In this document: in pieces, positions 54,510 through 63,119 of the stretch
Layout: every line of letters begins with the position of its first letter
How positions within the stretch are numbered: the stretch's first letter is position 1
Origin: Ulvibacter algarum
Lineage (GTDB): Bacteria; Bacteroidota; Bacteroidia; Flavobacteriales; Flavobacteriaceae
Direction: 5' to 3'
Length of the DNA: 64,000 nucleotides
Assembly: GCA_947488905.1 (NCBI GenBank)
Contig: CANLBJ010000005.1
Coordinates: 112,397-176,396 of the forward strand
Position numbers and translations under genes: made by a program
Notes under the pieces: model-generated
The model's input: the letters and a program-made list of their open reading frames with translations, nothing else
Databases searched by the model: none
What the model was told of the DNA's origin: nothing

Positions 54510-55454
54510 ATGAAAAACATTAAAACCCTTTTGTTGGTTTCATGTATCGCTACACTATTACTAAGTTGTGAAACAGAAAAAGTAGAACAACAAAATACAA
54601 CGGCAGACTTGTCTATGCAGATAGGTCTAACTGCAAAAAAGCAAAATCCTCATAAAACATTAGATAATTCTTTAAAAGGTATTTATCACGGTGTAGTTGC
54701 ACATCAATCTACTCAGTCTAGAGGTAAAATTTGGATCAACCTTGGGAATAATACGAAGTACGATGCTGTTATGGAGATGGTAGATGGCGAAAAGTTGTCT
54801 TTTAAAGCCAGCGCGACACTTAATAATGGAATACCTACTTATACTTTTAATGGAGCTGCTGGAAGATTTGATGTTATAATGAATGATTTAAATAGTCCAG
54901 AAGTAACTAATGTAACTCTTAATGATGAGTCTTATTTTGCATATGTAATTAAGAGCACTAGTGCAAATAGAGCTACTAGCTATACAGGTACATTTAATGA
55001 AACAGGAAATGCTGCTTTTTCAGGTACTTGGAACATTCTATCTAATGGAATTTATGGTCCTAATAACTATAATGGTACACAGATAACAGATGTGATGATC
55101 ACATTTGGTAATTCCATGGTTGTTGATTCTGTTATGGAGGCAATGCCTTTTCAGTGCTTTGGAGTACAAGCGTGGATTCCAATAGTAGATTACGCTAATA
55201 TTGCAGGTGAAGGTATCTTAGCTTTTGGGCAAGAGAGTAATTTAAATGGTGATGTAGATTGGGATTTAGGTTATACAGACGGTGCTTTGTATGGTATACC
55301 TGCCTATACTAATGGCTCGTTTCCTACTTTGAATGCTTCTTCTGCAAAAAGTGGTTTTGGTTGTCCTATATCTTCTAGTGGTACTTTTTCTTGGACGTCA
55401 GCAGCAAATGCTACTGTTCGTAATGGGGAGATTTATATAGATGTTGCGCCTTAA
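54510..55454 (+). CDS. lipoprotein, tandem paralog 1
   Basis: Uses the ORF-track frame, with the start at the ATG at 54510 (MKNIKTLLLVSCIATLLLSC lipobox). The central block and C-terminus are nearly identical to 55607..56554. Confidence 0.7.
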   Translation: MKNIKTLLLVSCIATLLLSCETEKVEQQNTTADLSMQIGLTAKKQNPHKTLDNSLKGIYHGVVAHQSTQSRGKIWINLGNNTKYDAVMEMVDGEKLSFKASATLNNGIPTYTFNGAAGRFDVIMNDLNSPEVTNVTLNDESYFAYVIKSTSANRATSYTGTFNETGNAAFSGTWNILSNGIYGPNNYNGTQITDVMITFGNSMVVDSVMEAMPFQCFGVQAWIPIVDYANIAGEGILAFGQESNLNGDVDWDLGYTDGALYGIPAYTNGSFPTLNASSAKSGFGCPISSSGTFSWTSAANATVRNGEIYIDVAP

Positions 55455-55606
55455 AGATTACTGCGGAAATCACTAAATAAAAATAAAAAAAGCTACTTAA
55501 AAAGGAGTCACTTTTATGATCTATTGTCCAAGTATAAGCTTATTAGTTTGAAACTCTGAGAATAAGGTGTATTCTTGCACTTAATTAAAACAAAAACCAA
55601 ATACTT

Positions 55607-56554
55607 ATGAAATTACAAAACCTATTTTTAAGTGCAACCTGTGCACTATTTCTTTTAACAGGGTGTGAACAAGATACTGTAGAGACGGTAGATGCATCTA
55701 CAGATATAACCGCTCAACTTAATTTAACCGCTAAGCAACAAGCCCCTCAGGCTATTTTTGACATCTCAAAAAAAGGAGTTTATCACGGTGTAGTAGCGCA
55801 TCAATCTACTCAATCAAGAGGTAAAGTTTGGATCAACCTTGGGAATAATTCGAAATACGATGCTGTTATGGAGATGGTAGGTGGTGAGAAGTTGTCTTTT
55901 AAAGCCAGCTCGACACTTAATAATGGAATACCTACTTATACTTTTAATGGGGTTGCTGGAAGATTTGATGTTATAATGAATGATTTAAATAGTCCAGAAG
56001 TAACTAATGTAACTCTTAATAATGAATCTTATTTTGCATATGTAATTAAGAGCACTAGTGCAAATAGAGCAACTAGCTATACAGGTACATTTAATGAAAC
56101 AGGTAATATGGCATTTTCTGGTACTTGGAACATTTTGTCTAATGGCGTTTTTGGACCTAATGGTAATAATGGTACTGCAGTATCAGATGTTATGGTGACT
56201 TTTGGTAATACAATGTTTGTTGATTCTAATATGGAGACTGGTTTTTTTCCTTGCTTTGGTCAATCAAATTGGGTTCCGATAGTAGATGCGTTTAATTATG
56301 CGGGTGATGGTGTTTTGGCTTTTGGGCAGCAAAGTTCTTTAAATGGTATAGCAAACTGGGGTTTAGGATATAGTGATGATGGTTTTAATGGTTTCCCTTC
56401 TTATTTGCAAGTACAACAAATACCAATTCCAACATTAAAATCTTCTTCTAGAATGGGAGGGTGTTCAACAGTTTCTAATGGTGAATTTACTTGGACTTCA
56501 GCTGCAAATGCTACTGTTCGTAACGGAGAGATTTATATAGATGTCGCGCCTTAA
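55607..56554 (+). CDS. lipoprotein, tandem paralog 2
   Basis: ORF track. Lipobox LLTGCEQ. It shares YHGVVAHQSTQSRGK.WINLGNN...NILSNG and TWTSAANATVRNGEIYIDVAP with paralog 1. Confidence 0.7.
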   Translation: MKLQNLFLSATCALFLLTGCEQDTVETVDASTDITAQLNLTAKQQAPQAIFDISKKGVYHGVVAHQSTQSRGKVWINLGNNSKYDAVMEMVGGEKLSFKASSTLNNGIPTYTFNGVAGRFDVIMNDLNSPEVTNVTLNNESYFAYVIKSTSANRATSYTGTFNETGNMAFSGTWNILSNGVFGPNGNNGTAVSDVMVTFGNTMFVDSNMETGFFPCFGQSNWVPIVDAFNYAGDGVLAFGQQSSLNGIANWGLGYSDDGFNGFPSYLQVQQIPIPTLKSSSRMGGCSTVSNGEFTWTSAANATVRNGEIYIDVAP

Positions 56555-56590
56555 AGATTGCTGCAGAAATAACTAAATGAAGATAAAAAG

Positions 56591-56619
56591 AAGCGACTCA
56601 AAACGAGTCGCTTTTTTTT
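56591..56619 (+). terminator. intrinsic terminator
   Basis: AAGCGACTC-AAAAC-GAGTCGCTT followed by a T-run. Confidence 0.8.
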
Positions 56620-56642
56620 ATTTAAATCACAGTCCAAACACT

Positions 56643-56672
56643 TTGATAATCAAAAGAAAAGAATTATTTTTG
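56643..56672 (+). promoter_or_regulatory. candidate sigma-A promoter for rpsA (TTG -33, 19-nt spacer, TATTTTTG -7)
   Basis: TTG at 56643..56645 and TATTTTTG at 56665..56672. This predicts a 5-prime leader of about 145 nt. Confidence 0.5.
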
Positions 56673-56823
56673 CAGTCCTTTTGCGATAAATCAAGAAAAA
56701 AGGAGTTAACTATATCAAAATCAAACCCTTCTGTGGGATCGTCGTGTAATTTCTTGTAACAGCACAGAATACAAATCTGGCATATTTTCGCGTAAGCAAA
56801 AAAAAACCAGAAGCAAATAACAA

Positions 56824-58692
56824 ATGGCTGACAAAGCAAACAAAGAAGTAGCACAAGAGGCTGCAGAAGCAAATGTAGAAGCGGTAACTGAAGAAGTTGC
56901 AGCAAAAGCAGAAGCTCCAAAAAGAGAACTTTCTTTAAAAGAAAGCGATCCAGACAAGTTTTTAGCAGACTTTAACTGGCACAACTACGAGGAAGGTATT
57001 GACCCAATCGATGATGGTAAGCTAGATGAGTTTGAACAATTAGTTAAGGACAACTTTGTAGATACTATTGATAATGAAGTAGTAGAAGGTGAAGTAGTAT
57101 TCTTATCTGACCGTGATGCAATTATTGACATCAACGCGAAGAGTGAAGGAGTTATTTCTCTTAACGAATTTCGTTACAACCCAGACCTTAAGGTTGGGGA
57201 TAAAGTAGAAGTTTTAATTGATGTACGTGAAGACGCTACTGGTCAATTAATCTTATCTCACCGTAAGGCGAGAACAATTATGGCTTGGGACCGTGTTAAT
57301 AAAGCACACGACGAGGCAACTATCGTTAACGGTTTTGTTAAGTGCAGAACTAAAGGTGGTATGATTGTAGACGTATTTGGTATCGAAGCATTCTTACCAG
57401 GTTCACAGATAGATGTGAAGCCTATTAGAGACTACGATGTTTATGTAGGGAAAACAATGGAATTCAAGGTTGTGAAAATTAACCACGAGTTTAAAAACGT
57501 TGTTGTATCGCATAAAGCACTTATTGAGGCTGATATCGAAGAACAGAAAAAAGAAATCATTGGTCAATTAGAAAAAGGACAAGTATTAGAAGGTGTTGTA
57601 AAAAACATTACTTCTTATGGTGTCTTTGTAGATCTTGGTGGAGTAGATGGATTAGTACACATTACAGACCTTTCTTGGTCTCGTATTAACCACCCTAACG
57701 AGATTGTAGAATTAGACCAGAAATTAAACGTTGTAATCCTTGACTTTGATGAGGATAAAACACGTATCCAACTTGGTCTTAAGCAATTAAGCGCGCACCC
57801 TTGGGAAGCACTTGGTGATGAGCTTAAGATAGGTGATAAAGTAGAAGGTAAAGTAGTTGTAATCGCAGATTACGGTGCATTTATTGAAGTAACTGAAGGT
57901 GTTGAAGGATTAATCCACGTTAGCGAAATGTCTTGGTCTACTCATTTACGTAGTGCACAAGATTTTGTAAAAGTTGGTGATATTGTAAATGCACAAATCT
58001 TAACGCTAGACAGAGAAGAGCGTAAGATGAGTCTTGGTATTAAGCAATTAACTCCAGACCCATGGACAGATATTACTACTAAATACCCTGTAGGTTCACT
58101 ACATAAAGGTATTGTACGTAACTTCACAAACTTTGGTGTATTTGTAGAACTAGAAGAAGGAATTGATGGATTAATTTACATCTCTGACTTATCTTGGACT
58201 AAGAAAATCAAGCACCCAAGTGAGTTTACTAACGTAGGTGATACTCTTGAGGTTAAAGTTCTTGAACTTGATGTTGATGGACGTAAGTTAAGTTTAGGTC
58301 ACAAACAAACTGAGGAGAACCCTTGGGATAAGTATGAGGCTGAATTTGCAGTAGGAACTAAGCATACAGCATCTATTGATGAGGTTGTAGACAAAGGAGC
58401 TGTAATTAACTTTAACGAAGACATCTCTGCATTTGTACCTAAGCGTCACCTTGAGAAAGAAGACGGAACAGATGTACAAAAAGGAGAAGAAGCTGAATTT
58501 GTGATTATTGAGTTCAACAAAGAATTCAAGAAAGTAGTAGCATCTCATATGTCTATACATAAAGAAGAAGAAGCGAAGATTGTAAAGCAAGCGGCTGTAA
58601 AAGCTAAGCAGCAAGCAGATGAGTCTAAACCTACATTAGGTGATGCAAACTCTGCACTTCAAGCGCTTAAAGACAAAATGGACGGGAAATAA
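56824..58692 (+). CDS. rpsA: 30S ribosomal protein S1
   Basis: ORF track. It has six S1 repeats (G.V..I..FGAFV-type motifs) and an Ala/Glu-rich N-terminal extension. Confidence 0.9.
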   Translation: MADKANKEVAQEAAEANVEAVTEEVAAKAEAPKRELSLKESDPDKFLADFNWHNYEEGIDPIDDGKLDEFEQLVKDNFVDTIDNEVVEGEVVFLSDRDAIIDINAKSEGVISLNEFRYNPDLKVGDKVEVLIDVREDATGQLILSHRKARTIMAWDRVNKAHDEATIVNGFVKCRTKGGMIVDVFGIEAFLPGSQIDVKPIRDYDVYVGKTMEFKVVKINHEFKNVVVSHKALIEADIEEQKKEIIGQLEKGQVLEGVVKNITSYGVFVDLGGVDGLVHITDLSWSRINHPNEIVELDQKLNVVILDFDEDKTRIQLGLKQLSAHPWEALGDELKIGDKVEGKVVVIADYGAFIEVTEGVEGLIHVSEMSWSTHLRSAQDFVKVGDIVNAQILTLDREERKMSLGIKQLTPDPWTDITTKYPVGSLHKGIVRNFTNFGVFVELEEGIDGLIYISDLSWTKKIKHPSEFTNVGDTLEVKVLELDVDGRKLSLGHKQTEENPWDKYEAEFAVGTKHTASIDEVVDKGAVINFNEDISAFVPKRHLEKEDGTDVQKGEEAEFVIIEFNKEFKKVVASHMSIHKEEEAKIVKQAAVKAKQQADESKPTLGDANSALQALKDKMDGK

Positions 58693-58716
58693 TATTTTCT
58701 GAAATTTTAATACTAA

Positions 58717-58749
58717 AAAGCCTTTCATTTATTTGAGAGGCTTTTTTTT
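58717..58749 (+). terminator. intrinsic terminator after rpsA
   Basis: AGCCTTTCA / TGAGAGGCT stem with one G-U pair, followed by a T-run of 7. Confidence 0.75.
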
Positions 58750-58797
58750 ATGAAAAATAGTGTAAATTTGAATCCTGAATATAACTTCAGAACTTCT

Positions 58798-59337
58798 ATG
58801 AGCCAAAAAGTGTTACTCAACGCAACCGAGGTGCAAATTGCACTTCATAGACTGGCTTGTCAATTAATTGAAAATCACGATACATTTAATAATACAGTAC
58901 TCGTAGGTATACAGCCACGAGGTGTTTTTCTTGCCGAAAGATTAAAAACCTTGCTACAGCAGGAATACAAAATTAAAAATATCCAGCTTGGGTATCTAGA
59001 TATTACTTTTTACCGTGATGATTTTAGACGTAGTGACAAACCACTAGAGGCAAACAAAACAAAACTCAACTTTGTTGTTGAAGATAAAAAGGTAGTCTTT
59101 ATAGATGATGTTTTATACACAGGACGAAGTATAAGAAGCGCGCTTACAGCTATTCAAGATTTTGGGAGACCTTTAGAGGTTGAATTACTAACTTTAATAG
59201 ATAGACGCTTTAGTAGACATTTGCCTATACAACCAGATTACAGGGGGAGACAAGTAGATGCCATAGGTGATGAGAAAGTAAAAGTATGCTGGGAAGAGAA
59301 TGATGGAGAAGATGCAGTTTACTTAGTAGGAAGCTAG
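58798..59337 (+). CDS. pyrR: bifunctional pyr operon regulator / uracil phosphoribosyltransferase PyrR
   Basis: Uses the ORF-track frame. PRTase motif VVFIDDVLYTGRSIRSAL. The start is moved to the ATG at 58798 (MSQKVLL..) because the track start at 58750 abuts the rpsA terminator T-run. Confidence 0.85.
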   Translation: MSQKVLLNATEVQIALHRLACQLIENHDTFNNTVLVGIQPRGVFLAERLKTLLQQEYKIKNIQLGYLDITFYRDDFRRSDKPLEANKTKLNFVVEDKKVVFIDDVLYTGRSIRSALTAIQDFGRPLEVELLTLIDRRFSRHLPIQPDYRGRQVDAIGDEKVKVCWEENDGEDAVYLVGS

Positions 59338-59390
59338 AAATGTTTTAAATTATAGAAGGCATAAAGCTTAAAGCTTTTTAAAAAATAAAG

Positions 59391-60332
59391 ATGGAATTAA
59401 GTACAGACCATTTATTAGGAATAAAATATATCACAGAAGCTGATATCCAACTCATTTTTGAGACGGCAGATCATTTTAAAGAAGTGATTAATAGGCCTAT
59501 TAAAAAAGTGCCCTCACTAAGAGACATTACTATTGCTAACCTGTTTTTTGAAAATAGTACAAGAACCAGACTCTCTTTTGAGCTTGCCGAAAAAAGACTC
59601 TCTGCAGATGTAATAAATTTCTCAGCAGCTTCTTCTTCAGTAAAAAAAGGAGAGACGCTTATAGACACAGTAAATAACATCTTATCTATGAAGGTAGATA
59701 TGGTTGTAATGCGCCACCCTAATCCTGGGGCAGGCGTTTTCTTGTCTAAACACGTAGATGCAAAAATTATAAATGCTGGTGATGGAGCGCACGAGCATCC
59801 TACACAGGCACTATTAGACGCGTACTCTATTAGAGAGCGACTAGGTGATGTAGCTGGTAAAAAAGTGGTGATAGTTGGTGATATTTTACACTCTAGAGTC
59901 GCGCTCAGTAATATTTTTGCACTTAAAAAATTAGGTGCAGAAGTAAAAGTTTGTGGTCCTAAAACATTAATGCCCAAACATATTGAGTCACTTGGTGTTG
60001 TGTATGAGCCGTCATTGATAAAAGCACTTAACTGGTGTGATGTAGCAAATATGCTACGTGTGCAAAATGAAAGAATGGATATAAGTTATTTTCCATCTAC
60101 TAGAGAATACACACAGCAATATGGAGTGAATAAAAAGATATTAAGTTCACTAGATAAAGAAATAGTATTAATGCATCCTGGCCCTATTAATAGAGGGGTA
60201 GAGATAACAAGCGACGTAGCAGATAGTAAGCAAGCAATCATACTTGACCAAGTGCAGAATGGTGTAGCTGTACGTATGGCGGTTATCTATTTACTTGCCT
60301 CAAAGATTAAACGTGGCAAAGACGTGCAATAA
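59391..60332 (+). CDS. pyrB: aspartate carbamoyltransferase catalytic subunit
   Basis: ORF track. STRTR, HPTQ and HPGP motifs are present. Confidence 0.9.
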   Translation: MELSTDHLLGIKYITEADIQLIFETADHFKEVINRPIKKVPSLRDITIANLFFENSTRTRLSFELAEKRLSADVINFSAASSSVKKGETLIDTVNNILSMKVDMVVMRHPNPGAGVFLSKHVDAKIINAGDGAHEHPTQALLDAYSIRERLGDVAGKKVVIVGDILHSRVALSNIFALKKLGAEVKVCGPKTLMPKHIESLGVVYEPSLIKALNWCDVANMLRVQNERMDISYFPSTREYTQQYGVNKKILSSLDKEIVLMHPGPINRGVEITSDVADSKQAIILDQVQNGVAVRMAVIYLLASKIKRGKDVQ

Positions 60333-60343
60333 TAAGTAAGATT

Positions 60344-60679
60344 ATGAAGATTGAAAATAAAGACAATTATGTCATCTTAGCAGATGAGTACAATGATATT
60401 AATGATTTTGTATCATTTTTAGAGTATCAAATTCCTACAAAATTTAAAGGGCAAAATGTAGTGTTAAATCTTCTTGATTATAATGCACTCACATTAGAGC
60501 AACTTGTGATGTTTATGAAAGTAAACACAAAACATCGTGCCACTAAGCATTCATTTGTGATAGTGACTAACACTGTTAATCCAGATGAGATACCAGTAGA
60601 GTTAGTTGTGGTACCTACAATACAAGAAGGAGAAGATGTTATTGCGATGGAAGAGATTGAAAGAGATTTAGGTTTTTAG
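60344..60679 (+). CDS. hypothetical small acidic protein downstream of pyrB
   Basis: ORF track. It starts 11 bp after pyrB. I do not recognise the family with any confidence. Confidence 0.55.
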   Translation: MKIENKDNYVILADEYNDINDFVSFLEYQIPTKFKGQNVVLNLLDYNALTLEQLVMFMKVNTKHRATKHSFVIVTNTVNPDEIPVELVVVPTIQEGEDVIAMEEIERDLGF

Positions 60680-60814
60680 CTTCTATTCAATTTTATTCCC
60701 TTTTGAAAAATTAAATAATATAACTCAGTTACCTATAATTGTTGTTTTTGATTCAAGAAAAGCTAAATTATGAGCAACTAATTTCTCTCTACTAATTACT
60801 ATCTACTAAATAAA

Positions 60815-61720
60815 ATGAAACTCACCATCCTAGGCTGTCACTCTGCTACTCCCAGATGGGATGCCCACCCTACATCTCAAATTCTAGAGGTGAAAGGACA
60901 TTTGTTTCTTATAGATTGTGGCGAAGGGACACAGGTGCAATTGCGTCGTTATAAAATTAAGTTTGCTAGAATAAAACACATCTTTATTTCTCACTTACAC
61001 GGCGATCACTTTTTTGGGTTAGTTGGATTGGTTTCTACTTTTAGATTATTAGGTAGAGAAGCAGATTTACATATTTATGGTCCTAAAGGGATCAAAGAAG
61101 CAATTACACTACAATTAAAATTAGGTAAATCTTGGACCAACTACGGTCTTTATTTTCATGAATTAGATAGCGATGAATCTCAGGTAATCTTTGAAGACGA
61201 CTCAGTCATTGTAAAAACAATACCTCTTGAGCACAGAGTTTACACTAACGGTTTTTTAATTTCCGAAAAAATAACAGAACGCCCTCTAGATATAAATGCT
61301 TGTAGACATCATAAGATAGATAAAAGCTATTTCAATAAAATAAAACAAGGAGGTGATATTAAGGCTGACGATGGTACGATCATAAAAAATGAGGCGCTCA
61401 CGTTAGATCCAGCAAGGCCAAAATCTTATGCCTTTTGTAGTGATACCGTATACCATCCTGCAGTTGTGCCTATAATTAATGGTGCGACAATGTTATATCA
61501 TGAGGCAACTTTTCTAGAGTCACATAAAGATTTAGCCATTAAGACCAAGCATAGTACAGCAAAAGAAGCAGCTACCATTGCAAGAGATGCCAATGTGGGA
61601 GGACTCATTGTGGGACATTACTCTGGCAGATATGGTGATCACGAGCTTTTTAAAACAGAGGCTCAAGGAATTTTTGAAAACGTAATTATAGGTAAAGACG
61701 GCTTAGAAGTTTCTTTTTAA
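60815..61720 (+). CDS. rnz: ribonuclease Z
   Basis: ORF track. MBL fold with HLHGDH, and the typical RNase Z start MKLTILGC.SA.P. Confidence 0.85.
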   Translation: MKLTILGCHSATPRWDAHPTSQILEVKGHLFLIDCGEGTQVQLRRYKIKFARIKHIFISHLHGDHFFGLVGLVSTFRLLGREADLHIYGPKGIKEAITLQLKLGKSWTNYGLYFHELDSDESQVIFEDDSVIVKTIPLEHRVYTNGFLISEKITERPLDINACRHHKIDKSYFNKIKQGGDIKADDGTIIKNEALTLDPARPKSYAFCSDTVYHPAVVPIINGATMLYHEATFLESHKDLAIKTKHSTAKEAATIARDANVGGLIVGHYSGRYGDHELFKTEAQGIFENVIIGKDGLEVSF

Positions 61721-61943
61721 GGCGTAAATAGAGATGATAACTAAGTGTGCTTCGGAAATTTTAAAACAGCGATTAAATTGCTTTTTTTTATGAAGCAAAC
61801 ATAGCTATATCTTAAAATTTCTTTTTTAATCTTCTAATTAAAAATTTACCTAAATTTAATTTACTCTTCTCTGTGATATGGGGCTTTCTTTGTAACTTTA
61901 CAAGAGACAATATATTAACCCTATTCTACAAATACAATCAAGG

Positions 61944-62588
61944 ATGGTAAAAGACCTGCACGCATACCGTAAATCATACGACAAAGGAGAGCTCAAAGAT
62001 GATCTAGTTTCTGACAATCCATTTAAACAATTTGGGCAATGGTTTTCTGTTGCAGATGATAGTGAGTTAGTAGATGAACCAAACGCAATGACGTTAAGTA
62101 CTGTAAACGCCAGTGGTATGCCTAATGCTAGAATAGTCCTTTTAAAAGAGTATAGTGAGAAAGGCTTTGTGTTTTATACTAATTACGGAAGTGATAAAGG
62201 ACAAGCTATTGCTGTAAATAATCAAGTGTGTATTTCCTTTTTTTGGATTGGCCTAGAACGTCAAGTAGTCATTAATGGTAATGCCGTTAAAGTTTCTGAA
62301 GAAACATCTAAAGCTTATTTTGCCTCACGGCCTCGTGCAAGCCAGTTAGGGGCGCTAGTAAGCAATCAAAGTGAAACAATAGAATCTCGAGCAAAACTAG
62401 AAGAAAAGTTAGCGGCACTTGAAAAGCAATATGAAGGTAAAGATATTCCTAAACCAAAACATTGGGGCGGCTATTTAATAGAACCAAAAACATTTGAGTT
62501 TTGGCAAGGCAGACAAAGTAGATTACACGACAGAATTGAGTATACTCTAAATAACAACTCTTGGGTAAAAACAAGATTACAACCCTAA
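61944..62588 (+). CDS. pdxH: pyridoxamine 5-prime-phosphate oxidase
   Basis: ORF track. RIVLLKEY..GFVFYTNY.S.K and WGGY...P..FEFWQGR..RLHDR motifs are present. Confidence 0.9.
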   Translation: MVKDLHAYRKSYDKGELKDDLVSDNPFKQFGQWFSVADDSELVDEPNAMTLSTVNASGMPNARIVLLKEYSEKGFVFYTNYGSDKGQAIAVNNQVCISFFWIGLERQVVINGNAVKVSEETSKAYFASRPRASQLGALVSNQSETIESRAKLEEKLAALEKQYEGKDIPKPKHWGGYLIEPKTFEFWQGRQSRLHDRIEYTLNNNSWVKTRLQP

Positions 62589-62621
62589 CCAGGTAAATTA
62601 ACAATTAAAATTTCAGAAAAT

Positions 62622-63107
62622 ATGAAGACTCTTTACATGTGCCGTCACGCAAAATCATCATGGAAATATGATGTCACTGACCATCGTAGACCTTTAAAAA
62701 GTAGAGGTAAAAAAGATGGTAAATTAATTTCTAATCATGTAGCGACTTCTTTACCCGCGCCAAAAATTATTATTACTAGTGAAGCTGTTAGGGCTTATAC
62801 AACTGCTGAGTATTTTAAAGAAGCGTGGAATATTTCTGAAGAAAATTTTATAAAGAATAATGATTTATATGATTTTAGTGGTCAGCAAGTAATGAGGGTT
62901 ATTAAATCACTAGATAACAGTAATGACTGTGTGATGATTGTAGGTCATAATCACGCATTTACATCTGTAGCAAACATGTTAGGTAGTGAGTATATGGATA
63001 ATGTACCTACTTGCGGTTTTGTAGCTATTGAGTTTGATGTAGATTCTTGGAAAGATATAACAGGTGGTAAAACAGTGCAGCGTGTTTTTCCGAAAGATTT
63101 AAAATAA
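62622..63107 (+). CDS. histidine phosphatase family protein (SixA-like)
   Basis: ORF track. RHAKS catalytic start and GHNH motif. Confidence 0.75.
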   Translation: MKTLYMCRHAKSSWKYDVTDHRRPLKSRGKKDGKLISNHVATSLPAPKIIITSEAVRAYTTAEYFKEAWNISEENFIKNNDLYDFSGQQVMRVIKSLDNSNDCVMIVGHNHAFTSVANMLGSEYMDNVPTCGFVAIEFDVDSWKDITGGKTVQRVFPKDLK

Positions 63108-63119
63108 TTGAAAAAATTA

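Noticed and set aside
56577-56984. Three overlapping ORFs (56577-56759 plus, 56627-56920 minus, 56721-56984 minus)
   Set aside because: They lie in the predicted rpsA leader and antisense to the Ala/Glu-rich start of rpsA. Leu-, Ser- and Ala-rich frames are to be expected opposite GAA/GCA repeats.
59471-59977. 168-aa minus-strand ORF
   Set aside because: It lies entirely inside pyrB, whose plus-strand product carries all the ATCase motifs. The antisense translation has no features.
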